From: Ignavibacteriales bacterium
GTDB lineage: Bacteria; Bacteroidota; Ignavibacteria; Ignavibacteriales; Melioribacteraceae
Reading direction: 5' to 3'
Length of the DNA stretch: 32,000 nt
Assembly: GCA_021740915.1 (NCBI GenBank)
Contig: JAIOYW010000024.1
Span: forward strand, 17,705-49,704
Below are positions 19,130-27,929 of this stretch, in pieces (the stretch's first letter is position 1; the number at the start of each line of letters is the position of its first letter). A program made the translations under genes and the position numbers. Below the pieces are notes generated by a model. That model had not been told where the DNA came from, searched no databases, and was given only the letters and a program-made list of their open reading frames with translations.

Positions 19130-20530
19130 TTAATTCCTATTTATTACCAATGCAATCCTATTTACAAATGCATCTTCTTTTTTAATTAATTCTTTCATTG
19201 ATTGGCTTTCAGAAACAAAAATTCCATCAACAATAAAATTGATTTCATTCTCATCATTTCCGTAAATTGATTTTGAATATGCCTTTTCTGTATTGATTTC
19301 TTTTGATAGAGGATAAATCAAACCGCTTGCAATTAAATTGTTTCTGTAATATCCAGAATAGGAATGAATTTGATGTAAATCATCTCTGTCCACATCTCCA
19401 TTTTGCATTTCCATCTTTTTGAATTTGGCATCAAACACAACCACTTTTCCACTTGTTCTGTGCTTCATTACCAAATCAGGAAACATAGGACGGTTAAAGA
19501 ATTGCTGTTGATAAATGCGTAATTCTACCTGGCCACTAACAGACCATTCCGGGAAGTTTTTGCTCAACAATTTTTCAAGATATAATTCATACAATTCTGC
19601 AATGTCAAACAAGTAGCCTGTAGTTGCCAATTGCTGTTTGTCATTATCGGGCATCAGGTCTTTATCCAATAAAATGATTTCAGCATACTCCAAAACCTTC
19701 TTAAACCCGCTGTACATTGGATTATTTATGGATTGATGAGCTTTTGCTTTCTGTATGGTTGCGTAACTTGCATATTGACCTGAATAATTTTGTTTTAGTA
19801 ATTGGTTTAATCCAAGTAACCGACTGTGTATTTCTTTACCAAAAATCCTTTCTAATTTACGCAATGCAAGGTAAAGCAAATCCACAATTTCCTGTACATA
19901 CGTTCGCTCTCTGAACGTACTGGTTAGTTTTCCCTGAAAAGGAATATCCCGTTTCAGGTAATCGTTAAAATCAATACTACCCCTAACTTTGTGGTTTCTT
20001 TCCTGATGCTTTTTGTATTGTTGTGGCAAACCCAACACGGCAGCCTTTTCAAGTGATTGGATAAAAAGATAAGCGATGATAAACAAGAATTGATTTTCAG
20101 TTTCGTCCTTTTTAGCTTTTACCTGTTCGTTATCTACATAAATATCATTCACAAAATTGAGCATTCGTTTCAAAAATGCATCTCCGTATTTTGTGGTGAT
20201 ATTGATTTTACAACCTTTGTAAAACAAAACACCGGCATACAATCCAGTTTGAACGATGTATTCTTTCTCCTGTTCGAGTTTTTCTTTAGAATACAATTTC
20301 AGAATTAAGCGTTCTTCATCTGGTTCAAAAAATCGCCTGCGTTTGAAGTTAAATATTCTGATTTGTTTTAACTGCTCTGCCCCAAGTTTCAATTCATAAA
20401 CCGATGAGAACATTTGTTGCAAATGCTTTTTGTCGCCTGCCTTTTTTACAGCAAAAGCTTCGCCCAAAGCCGATTCACGGATGGGTGCTTCTTCGTAATA
20501 ATTATGATTGACAGGTACGCTTATTCTCAT
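19130..20530 (-). CDS. mcrC: McrC/LlaJI-family restriction endonuclease subunit
   Basis: Lies immediately downstream (1-nt gap) of the McrB-like GTPase. C-terminal PD-(D/E)xK-like core is PDLVMKH...GKVVVFDAKFKK...DLHQIHSY. Confidence 0.7.
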   Translation of the reverse strand: MRISVPVNHNYYEEAPIRESALGEAFAVKKAGDKKHLQQMFSSVYELKLGAEQLKQIRIFNFKRRRFFEPDEERLILKLYSKEKLEQEKEYIVQTGLYAGVLFYKGCKINITTKYGDAFLKRMLNFVNDIYVDNEQVKAKKDETENQFLFIIAYLFIQSLEKAAVLGLPQQYKKHQERNHKVRGSIDFNDYLKRDIPFQGKLTSTFRERTYVQEIVDLLYLALRKLERIFGKEIHSRLLGLNQLLKQNYSGQYASYATIQKAKAHQSINNPMYSGFKKVLEYAEIILLDKDLMPDNDKQQLATTGYLFDIAELYELYLEKLLSKNFPEWSVSGQVELRIYQQQFFNRPMFPDLVMKHRTSGKVVVFDAKFKKMEMQNGDVDRDDLHQIHSYSGYYRNNLIASGLIYPLSKEINTEKAYSKSIYGNDENEINFIVDGIFVSESQSMKELIKKEDAFVNRIALVINRN

Positions 20531-20531
20531 T

Positions 20532-22178
20532 TTATTTCAATGTTTCTTTAAATCGGTTCAATGCCTCATCTAATTTTCCATCAAGCTCACTTTCTGCAAA
20601 AACGGCTCTTAAATATTCTTTCAAAGTTGGGCGTAAATACAAATTGAATAATGTTTCAAGATTATGTTGTGTGATTTCTTTGCGTTTGGCTATATCGCTC
20701 ATCTTCATAAAAAAGGAATGACCAAATTCGTATGATTTACCTAAGCCCAATTCAGCAGAAATATAGTTATTCAGTTTTTCGCAAGCTTTTAGATATTGAT
20801 TAATGTTGCTAAAATCTTCTTTCCTTTTAAATCGTGTTTCTTCTTCTATCACATCATAGTCGCAGTCTTTACGTATCCATTTAAACCTTCTGCGAAGTGC
20901 CAAATCAAAAGCATCAATACTCTTATCTACATCATTCATCATGCCTATGAAAAATACGTTTTCAGGCACACCAAATTTTACTTCACCCTTGTCAATAGTG
21001 TAAGCAAGGGCTTCATAATCTTTATCTTCTTTGATTAAATCTTCAATCAATGTAGCATATTGTGTCCGTATCAGGTTTTTGGAGTCTTTGCTATTGTGGC
21101 GATAATCTTTTTCTAAAAGCGAAAGGGTTTCGCCAAATACTGATGAAAGGTTGGCACGGTTTATTTCATCCACAACAAAATAGTAGGACTTATCGGGGTT
21201 GTTTTTTGCTCTTATGCAGAAGTTCTTGAAAACTCCGTTTACCAACTCAAAGCGAATGTTGCCATCTTTTGAAACACCTTTTGGCTTGATGCCTTCAATA
21301 AAATCTTCGTAAGTAAACGAAGGATGAAATTGCAATAATTCATATCGGGTACTATCACCCTGACAAACAAATTCAAGACTGTTTACTACTGACCAGGTTT
21401 TGCCAGTGCCCGGAGACCCATACATAATTACATTTGGGTTATCGGCATCGGCAATGGTTTTTGCATTCACATACCGCCACAAGAAACCAGAAAGTAAAAT
21501 TAGTTCGCCTATGTCTTTCTCGTTAACTTCCAATATCTCTTTGGCACGTGAACAAACAGCATGATTTTTTGTGAAAATACCTTCAACTTCTCCATCAACA
21601 AAATCGTTATACAATTCATCGAGCCATTGGGTTGAGTAGATATAAACAAATTCGGACAAATTGTCTAATACTGCCATTTTCATCAAAATCTGTTTTGCGC
21701 TGTAGTCCGCTTTTTCCACCATTTCGATTTTTGCCAATGGGTCGGTTTCCGATACTATGCTTTTTAATAAGCCTTTTATGTTGTCGTTGAAGTAAGTTTC
21801 CGCTTCTGCTTTAGAAGCATTTTGTTTGTTTTGTTTAAGGATATAATAAGTAGCACCGTCGTTATTCAACTTCACTTCAAAATTAAATGCAGTACCAGGT
21901 TTTGAAGAACCCAAAACCGTTCGGGTAGTTCGTTCCAGAAAATTACACAAGTAACCACCGGGCATTGCAGCCGTGGCACTACCCAATATGTTGGTGTAAT
22001 CATCTAAACTCAATGTATCTTTCGTAATTTTATCTCTGTACTTTTTCCAATCTTCAAGCAGTTTATCAATTTCAGCCTTATTGAAGTCTTTATCTTCCTG
22101 TTTTGTTTCCCTTCTGAATTTTTCCCAAAGGGCTTTGATTTGTTCTTGCCTTTCTTCGGTAATTTTTTTTCTCTCCAT
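20532..22178 (-). CDS. mcrB: McrB-like AAA+ GTPase subunit with an uncharacterised ~240-aa N-terminal domain
   Basis: Walker A GSPGTGKTW and Walker B FVVDEINRANLSSVFGE. McrB signature FFIGMMNDVDKSIDAFDLALRRRF (MNxxDxS type). Confidence 0.85.
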   Translation of the reverse strand: MERKKITEERQEQIKALWEKFRRETKQEDKDFNKAEIDKLLEDWKKYRDKITKDTLSLDDYTNILGSATAAMPGGYLCNFLERTTRTVLGSSKPGTAFNFEVKLNNDGATYYILKQNKQNASKAEAETYFNDNIKGLLKSIVSETDPLAKIEMVEKADYSAKQILMKMAVLDNLSEFVYIYSTQWLDELYNDFVDGEVEGIFTKNHAVCSRAKEILEVNEKDIGELILLSGFLWRYVNAKTIADADNPNVIMYGSPGTGKTWSVVNSLEFVCQGDSTRYELLQFHPSFTYEDFIEGIKPKGVSKDGNIRFELVNGVFKNFCIRAKNNPDKSYYFVVDEINRANLSSVFGETLSLLEKDYRHNSKDSKNLIRTQYATLIEDLIKEDKDYEALAYTIDKGEVKFGVPENVFFIGMMNDVDKSIDAFDLALRRRFKWIRKDCDYDVIEEETRFKRKEDFSNINQYLKACEKLNNYISAELGLGKSYEFGHSFFMKMSDIAKRKEITQHNLETLFNLYLRPTLKEYLRAVFAESELDGKLDEALNRFKETLK

Positions 22179-22219
22179 AAGTTCATCCGTTCTTTAATGA
22201 TTGATGGCAATAATTATTC

Positions 22220-22624
22220 CTATAAATTCTTTTTGGGTTTAAATTTGCCATTGAGAAGCCTTTTGAACTCTAAGCTTTTGGCTCCAAAATTTATAAGCAG
22301 ACCTACTTCCAAATCATACGCTTCTAAATAATTTATGGCTTGTGCAAAATGTACATCTTCTAATTTTATAATTGCTTTCAACTCAACAGATACTACTCCT
22401 TCTACCAAAAAATCAACCCTGCGGGTGCCAATCTGCTGGTTTTTGTAATAAACAGGCATTTCATGTTCTCTTGAAAATGCTATGCCATTATCAGTCATTT
22501 CAATTTCCAAAGCTCTTTGATAAATGACTTCCTGAAAGCCATTTCCCAATGACCTATGAACAGCCATAGCACAACCAATTATTTTGGATGTCAGTTCTGA
22601 ATATTTATATTCTTCTTTAATCAT
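22220..22624 (-). CDS. GxxExxY-family protein (PD-(D/E)xK superfamily)
   Basis: Motif LGNGFQEVIYQRALEIEM, then RVDFLVEGVVSVELKA. ATG at 22624 (MIKEEYKY) is preferred over TTG at 22651. Confidence 0.8.
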   Translation of the reverse strand: MIKEEYKYSELTSKIIGCAMAVHRSLGNGFQEVIYQRALEIEMTDNGIAFSREHEMPVYYKNQQIGTRRVDFLVEGVVSVELKAIIKLEDVHFAQAINYLEAYDLEVGLLINFGAKSLEFKRLLNGKFKPKKNL

Positions 22625-22657
22625 AAGTAATTCATTTATACCGGTAATCAATTAATG

Positions 22658-22814
22658 AGTTAAATATTGTCTGAACTTTGATTCTTTTGATTTCAGGATT
22701 ACCCTGATTTTTTCCTCGTCTTTAATCATATTTAATCAATAATCAGTTAAACATTGTCTGCAATATGATTCTATTGATTTCAAGATTACCCTGATTTATC
22801 TTTGTCTTTAATCA
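22658..22814. repeat. two tandem ~70-bp direct repeats (22658-22728 and 22745-22814, period 87 bp) in a TAATCA-rich spacer
   Basis: Aligned by eye at roughly 85% identity. Shared core is AGTTAAAyATTGTCTG...GATTC.TTTGATTTCArGATTACCCTGATTT...GTCTTTAATCA. Confidence 0.85.
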
Positions 22815-22845
22815 AACTTAATCAGTTAATCAGTTTAATCACAGT

Positions 22846-23898
22846 TCAGACTTCTATTTGTCCGTTCATCAGTTTAGGTAATAAAATATCCCGTGCCTCA
22901 CGGAGTTTAGCGTTTTGCTTAATTAAGTTAAGTATCAAGTTATACATTTGCTGTGCTTCTGCTTCAAATTCTTGCTGAATTTTATCACTTGGTGTTTTCA
23001 ACTTAACTTTCATCAATTCAACTTTCGTTACAGCGTTAAATATTGCACCGTTACCAATAACATCCTCAGCAAAAAAGAACTCTTTCAATTGATGATAGAA
23101 ATAATTCTGAAAGCCCTTTTTGCTCCTAAAAGCACATAAACCACGACCAATGCAGATTTTATCACTTGTGAAATTTATTCTTCCAACTGGTGCTCTTACT
23201 GAAAATAAAATGTCACCATCTTCGGCAATTTTAGTTGGTGTTTTACAATAGATTTTGTGTTCTACAAAGTAGTTTGAAAAATTGGTTACACCTTGATGAA
23301 AGGGCAAATTGTCTTCCTTTTCATTCGTATATGTATCAGAAGTTGGACTTTGCCCCATTACAACATTTGCCAATTCGTCAATAGTAAATTCTTCTAGTTT
23401 TTCATTTTGAACAATCAACTTATAACTTGCAAACGCCTTCTCCTCCAGCAACTTTATCCGCTTCAAATTATTCTCTATCAAATCATCATAAGCCGATAAA
23501 ATGGAAGCGATGCGGCGTTGGGTGGGGAATTCAGGAATATTAAATTTTATTGGTTTTAATACAGTTTGGGTTAATAGTGGTTGGGCTGAACCGCCAGCGT
23601 AACTATTTAGAGGATAATTTTTAAGCAAGTAGTAAACAAAAACTAAATCTGCGTTTGATTTTGGTTTTGCTACAATCGTGTTATCAGAAGGCCAGAAGTT
23701 ATTTAATGAAACTTCAACCGAACCACAATTTGCTCCAACTCTTCCAATAATTATTCCTTTATCATAAAGATAATTTTCGGAATAGCCAATAATTCCATTT
23801 GAACCAAATGCAGGAAAATTTCCCTTTTCAGAAGGCAATATTGATTTTCCATTATAGAAATCAACGAATTGTTCTAATGGTAAATGACTCCACTTCAT
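22846..23898 (-). CDS. hsdS: Type I restriction-modification specificity subunit (HsdS)
   Basis: Two TRD-like halves separated by a helical spacer (IASILSAYDDLIENNLKRIKLLEEKA). C-terminal conserved helix is LREARDILLPKLMNGQIEV. ATGA overlap with the upstream gene. Confidence 0.85.
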   Translation of the reverse strand: MKWSHLPLEQFVDFYNGKSILPSEKGNFPAFGSNGIIGYSENYLYDKGIIIGRVGANCGSVEVSLNNFWPSDNTIVAKPKSNADLVFVYYLLKNYPLNSYAGGSAQPLLTQTVLKPIKFNIPEFPTQRRIASILSAYDDLIENNLKRIKLLEEKAFASYKLIVQNEKLEEFTIDELANVVMGQSPTSDTYTNEKEDNLPFHQGVTNFSNYFVEHKIYCKTPTKIAEDGDILFSVRAPVGRINFTSDKICIGRGLCAFRSKKGFQNYFYHQLKEFFFAEDVIGNGAIFNAVTKVELMKVKLKTPSDKIQQEFEAEAQQMYNLILNLIKQNAKLREARDILLPKLMNGQIEV

Positions 23899-24755
23899 AT
23901 CGCCTCCTCTTTTAATTGTTTCACTATCTGCACGGTCAGGCTATCCATACGTGAAAAGGCAAACCATTTTTTGCCCAAATCTTTCAGAGATGCCCCAATA
24001 TGGTAGAGTTCTGTGCCGTCGATAATCATGAAGCGGTCGTGGCTTTGTGCAAAGGTTTTTACGGCTATGGGCGGGTATTGGGCATTGTGTTTTTGTAAGT
24101 CAAGTTGTAATGCTTTGCCGATTTCTTTGGTGTATAATCTGGCCTTTACTTCAGGTTTCCGTTTGCTCAGTAGCATAAGTACGCTGTCGTCCACAAAGTT
24201 GTCTATCAGAATGATTTCAGTATTGGCTTTCCTAATGATATCCGCCACAAAAGCGTAGGCATCAAAAATTTGCCCATCGAAGAAAATGCCTTGCATGGGC
24301 AGTTCCTGCGTTTGTAGTTGTAAGGAGATTTTGCTCACTTCTTTTTGTAGATTTTCAACATTATTTTCAATTCTATCCATGCGTTGATTCATGGCATAAC
24401 CCTTTAGCAAATAATCTCTTAAAACATTGGTAGCCCAAATACGAAATTGTGTGCCTTGTTTTGATTTTACGCGATATCCAACTGAAATAATTACATCGAG
24501 GTTGTAATATTCGATACTTCTTTCAACTGTTCTGCCTCCTTCGTTTTGAACTGTCGCAAAATTTGCGACAGTTGAATTTTTCGGTAGTTCCCCCTCGGCA
24601 AAAACATTGTTGATGTGCTTTCCAATGGTTTTAACATCTCTGCCAAATAGCAATGCTATTTGATTTCGATTTAACCATACAGTATTCTCATCGAGCCTGA
24701 CTTCAATATGCTCGGGTAGTGCATCTGACTGATATAGAATAATTTCGTTTTTCAT
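23895..24755 (-). CDS. rhuM: RhuM-family protein (N-terminal RhuM/DNA-binding region plus C-terminal PLD-like domain)
   Basis: N-terminal part reads IEVRLDENTVWLNRNQIALLFGRDVKTIGKHI and YYNLDVIISVGYRVKSKQGTQFRIWATNVLRDYLLKGY. C-terminal part reads IILIDNFVDDSVL...SHDRFMIIDGTELYHIGASLKDLGKKWFAFS. ATG at 24755 lies 4 nt after the hsdM stop. Confidence 0.8.
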   Translation of the reverse strand: MKNEIILYQSDALPEHIEVRLDENTVWLNRNQIALLFGRDVKTIGKHINNVFAEGELPKNSTVANFATVQNEGGRTVERSIEYYNLDVIISVGYRVKSKQGTQFRIWATNVLRDYLLKGYAMNQRMDRIENNVENLQKEVSKISLQLQTQELPMQGIFFDGQIFDAYAFVADIIRKANTEIILIDNFVDDSVLMLLSKRKPEVKARLYTKEIGKALQLDLQKHNAQYPPIAVKTFAQSHDRFMIIDGTELYHIGASLKDLGKKWFAFSRMDSLTVQIVKQLKEEAI

Positions 24756-24759
24756 AAAT

Positions 24760-26829
24760 CTACAATGCCAGATTTTTATAATTCTCACTAATTAATTTAG
24801 CCAACACATTCGCTTCTTCGTTCAATCCTTCCAACTCAATGTGTATTTCGTTCAGGCGTTCTTCGTAGTCAAAGTCCTCATCGGTGACGGTGTCAACTCC
24901 TACGTATCTGCCCGGGCTAAGACTCCAATCTTTGGTTTCAATTTCTTTTTGCGTTACAACTTTACATAGTCCTTCCACATCTTTATAAACGCCTTCGGGA
25001 AAACGGCTTGTAAGCCAATGAGCCTGTTTATAGAAATATTCTGTTTCGTGCAATAAACCCAATTCGTCTTCATCGGGGTTGCCACTAAGTTGCTGTTGCA
25101 GGGCTTTGAGTTGGTCAAGCTGTTCTCTCAGATTCAGCGCTTTCCATGCAGGGTTTTTGCCCAATAGGTATTCTTTGGCGGCAGTGCCTATGGCATCGAG
25201 CAACTGCTTGATGAGTTTGTCTTGTGGTTTGCGGAGTGCTTTTGTCTGAACTGTGATTTCTGTGATTAACTGATTGCCGTGATTTTTCTTTACGGTATCA
25301 ATCAGTTCGGTTTGTTTGTTTAACACATCCTGATATTCTTCGATGTTCAGAGCATCAACAAAGGCTTTTGCTTCTTCGTTTTCTTTAGCGTATTTAGTTG
25401 CAAAATCACTAACAGTTTTCAATACCTTTTGTAATTGCTTTTGCAGTTCGGTGGTTGCCTCGGCTGTTTCTTTTGCTAAGTCGGCAGAAGTTTGTAAATA
25501 ATCTTTTACCGTACTTTCAAACTTTTGAATATTGCCTCTGTACAGGTTTACAATGCAAATGAGGTTTTGCAACTGCTCGGGGCTAAAATCGTTTACCTTA
25601 CTGGTTACTTTGCGGTAAATTTTTCGGGCATCGAGCATCAATACTTGGTCTTTTCTTTCAATATCTTGTTCTTTTGCTCTGTCGAAAAACCACAACGTAC
25701 AAGGCAAAGAACGAGTATAGAAAAAGTTGTTGCCAATTGCCATCATCACATCTACTGCACCCGTTTTTACCAATTTTTCCCGAATGTCCTTTTCGCTATG
25801 CCCAGCATCGCTGGCAGATGAAGCCATTACAAAACCTGCTCTGCCTGTTGGTTTTAGGTAATTATAGAAATATTGAATCCACAAATAATTGGCGTTGTCG
25901 TTTTTCGGCAGGTTTACTTTGCCGTCTATCATCAAACGAGGGTCTTTTTTTACAGCATCTTTGGCTTTGTCCACACCATCCACATTAAACGGTGGGTTTG
26001 CCATCACAAAGTCAGCACCTCCCACAAGGTTGTGTTTGTCTTCGTAAAATGTGTTTCCTTCCTGAATATTGCCTTCCAGTCCGTGAACTGTTAAGTTCAT
26101 CTTAGCCAGTTTGGTATTGAGGTCGGCTTTTTCCTGTCCGTAAAAAGTTACCTTTTCCGCAGGTTTCAAACCTTCGCTTTCAATGAAATAACCAGTTTGA
26201 ACAAACATACCCGCACTGCCGCAGGCAGGGTCAAACACAATTCCGTGGTCGGGTTCAATTACATTTACAATGGTTTGTACCAGACTCATAGGTGTAAAAA
26301 ACTCTCCACCTTCTTGTGCTCCAGTCATGGCAAATTTGCCAAGGAAATATTCGTAAATCTTACCGAATAAATCACCTTCGGCTTTTTGCAGCACCTCTTT
26401 ATTAAAAATACGGAGCAGTTCACGCAACAGGTCTTTGCTGAAAATGGAGAAATTTTTTGGCAAAACTCCTTTGAGGTTCTCATATTCATCCTCAATCAGT
26501 TTCATTGCATTGTCGATGGCTTCGCCTATATCGGCACTTTCAGGTAAGGCAACCAAATAATGAAACTGCGATTTCTCAGGCAGGAACATCGAATTCTGCT
26601 CTTCAAAATCCTTTTTGGTCAGCGGTCGTTTACCCCTCTGCGGATGTGACGGGAGGTTTTTTTCAACTTCAATTCTAACTTTCTGAAAACGATTGTAAGC
26701 ATGTCTCAAAAAAATCAATCCGAGAACAGGCATCGAATATTCCGATGCAGTCAATTTACTATTTGCTCTTAACTGGTCGGCTGCTCTCCAAAGTTCAGCT
26801 TCTAATTTTCTTAGTTGTTTTCCCTGCAT
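24760..26829 (-). CDS. hsdM: Type I restriction-modification DNA methyltransferase subunit (HsdM), long form with ~200-aa coiled-coil insertion
   Basis: N-terminus LWRAADQLRANSKLTASEYSMPVLGLIFLR. Motif I FDPACGSAGMF and motif IV MANPPFN. C-terminal tail DWSLSPGRYVG. Confidence 0.93.
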   Translation of the reverse strand: MQGKQLRKLEAELWRAADQLRANSKLTASEYSMPVLGLIFLRHAYNRFQKVRIEVEKNLPSHPQRGKRPLTKKDFEEQNSMFLPEKSQFHYLVALPESADIGEAIDNAMKLIEDEYENLKGVLPKNFSIFSKDLLRELLRIFNKEVLQKAEGDLFGKIYEYFLGKFAMTGAQEGGEFFTPMSLVQTIVNVIEPDHGIVFDPACGSAGMFVQTGYFIESEGLKPAEKVTFYGQEKADLNTKLAKMNLTVHGLEGNIQEGNTFYEDKHNLVGGADFVMANPPFNVDGVDKAKDAVKKDPRLMIDGKVNLPKNDNANYLWIQYFYNYLKPTGRAGFVMASSASDAGHSEKDIREKLVKTGAVDVMMAIGNNFFYTRSLPCTLWFFDRAKEQDIERKDQVLMLDARKIYRKVTSKVNDFSPEQLQNLICIVNLYRGNIQKFESTVKDYLQTSADLAKETAEATTELQKQLQKVLKTVSDFATKYAKENEEAKAFVDALNIEEYQDVLNKQTELIDTVKKNHGNQLITEITVQTKALRKPQDKLIKQLLDAIGTAAKEYLLGKNPAWKALNLREQLDQLKALQQQLSGNPDEDELGLLHETEYFYKQAHWLTSRFPEGVYKDVEGLCKVVTQKEIETKDWSLSPGRYVGVDTVTDEDFDYEERLNEIHIELEGLNEEANVLAKLISENYKNLAL

Positions 26830-27140
26830 TATATCTTAATTTCCAATTCGAAAATTCATTTCTCAAAAGTAAACAATTTGCATGGATGCGTAAACATTAT
26901 TCACGCTATTTTGCAAGCTTTGGCTAAAGTGTCAAATCCTGCGGGGTAGGAGAAATTGTTGGCTTGCAAATTTGCGGCAATATCTGTGGGGTTTTCTCCT
27001 TTTTTTGCAGGGGGAGGAAAAAAACAAAATAAATTCCCATCAAATCTGCACTGTCCGCCCGTTTGATTTTAGCCTTTATTATGCCTTTTCCCATTTGCAT
27101 TATTAAATTTTGAATCATCTACGCCATCAAAAGTTAATGA

Positions 27141-27929
27141 CTATGCTACTAATTTTAATTTGCTAATATTTTCCGGTGTATGTCTTTGGCTCCAGAGAAT
27201 ATAGTTTGCTCTTTTATTGTCAAGTGCCGATAAATATTCATCACTAACTTCTCTGTCAATGTCATTAATTACAGCGAGTCCAATAACTTCTTTTTGGGTT
27301 TGCTGCTCTCGCACTTTTTTTATATCGTCCCATGTGAATAAGAAATGTGGCAAATTCATTTTATTTACAGAGTTGAATGATTTGATCACAATTTCAGTAT
27401 TCTTATATGCTATTTGAAAATCAAAAGTAAATTCAAGACCTGTGCTACCCTTAGAAATAAAGTAAGGTGTATAAATAAGTTCCTGTTCGTCTAAATAAGC
27501 TTTTACATCTTCCCTGAAAACAGAAGCTACAGTGTGCCTTGCCAAATAATACATATCGGCTGTCTCAGAAATTGCAGAGATTAAATTAAGCTTTTTCTGC
27601 GGAAAATCTTTCTCGTTTGCTTCAGTGGTCAGTTCTTCATTTTTAATTTGCACACCATAATTGATAAGAATACGGTCAAGTATTTCTTTTCTTTTGGGTG
27701 AACGGGTGATTTCAAGTCCACTTAATTCCAAATCTCTTAGTGTATTTCCATCATCAGAAAGAATAATTATATTGCCTTCTTTTTTTGCGTAGATGTCCAC
27801 TGTATCGTTGAATAATCCGACAAAGGGAGTGCTTATTTCAATCCAATCCGAGGAATTTTTGGCTGTAACTAATGTTTTTTCCTTAAGAAAAGCATAATAA
27901 TCGTCCATTAATGTATGTATCCAATTCAT
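27141..27929 (-). CDS. DUF1828/DUF1829-like protein of unknown function
   Basis: The N-terminal pattern W...YY.FLKEKT...WIEISTPFVGLFNDTVDIYAKKEGNIIILSDDGNTLRDLELSGLEI resembles DUF1828 as I recall it. The family assignment is not verified. Confidence 0.55.
   Translation of the reverse strand: MNWIHTLMDDYYAFLKEKTLVTAKNSSDWIEISTPFVGLFNDTVDIYAKKEGNIIILSDDGNTLRDLELSGLEITRSPKRKEILDRILINYGVQIKNEELTTEANEKDFPQKKLNLISAISETADMYYLARHTVASVFREDVKAYLDEQELIYTPYFISKGSTGLEFTFDFQIAYKNTEIVIKSFNSVNKMNLPHFLFTWDDIKKVREQQTQKEVIGLAVINDIDREVSDEYLSALDNKRANYILWSQRHTPENISKLKLVA

Noticed and set aside
16173-20308. Plus-strand ORFs of 65-137 aa inside hsdR and mcrC (16173-16385, 17023-17256, 17409-17822, 19717-19914, 20057-20308)
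   Set aside because: They are antisense to strongly supported restriction genes, with Phe/Ile/Lys/Asn-rich low-complexity translations typical of AT-rich antisense frames.
22163-22170. A8 homopolymer at codons 3-6 of mcrB as a phase-variation switch
   Set aside because: Eight A/T in a row is unremarkable in sequence this AT-rich, since similar runs occur in several intergenic and coding places. It encodes the Lys-rich N-terminus naturally. This cannot be assessed without population data.
26924-27118. 64-aa minus-strand ORF between the DUF1828-like gene and hsdM
   Set aside because: It is low-complexity, spans the hairpin/palindrome element and A/T runs, and has no start context. This is likely an intergenic regulatory region.
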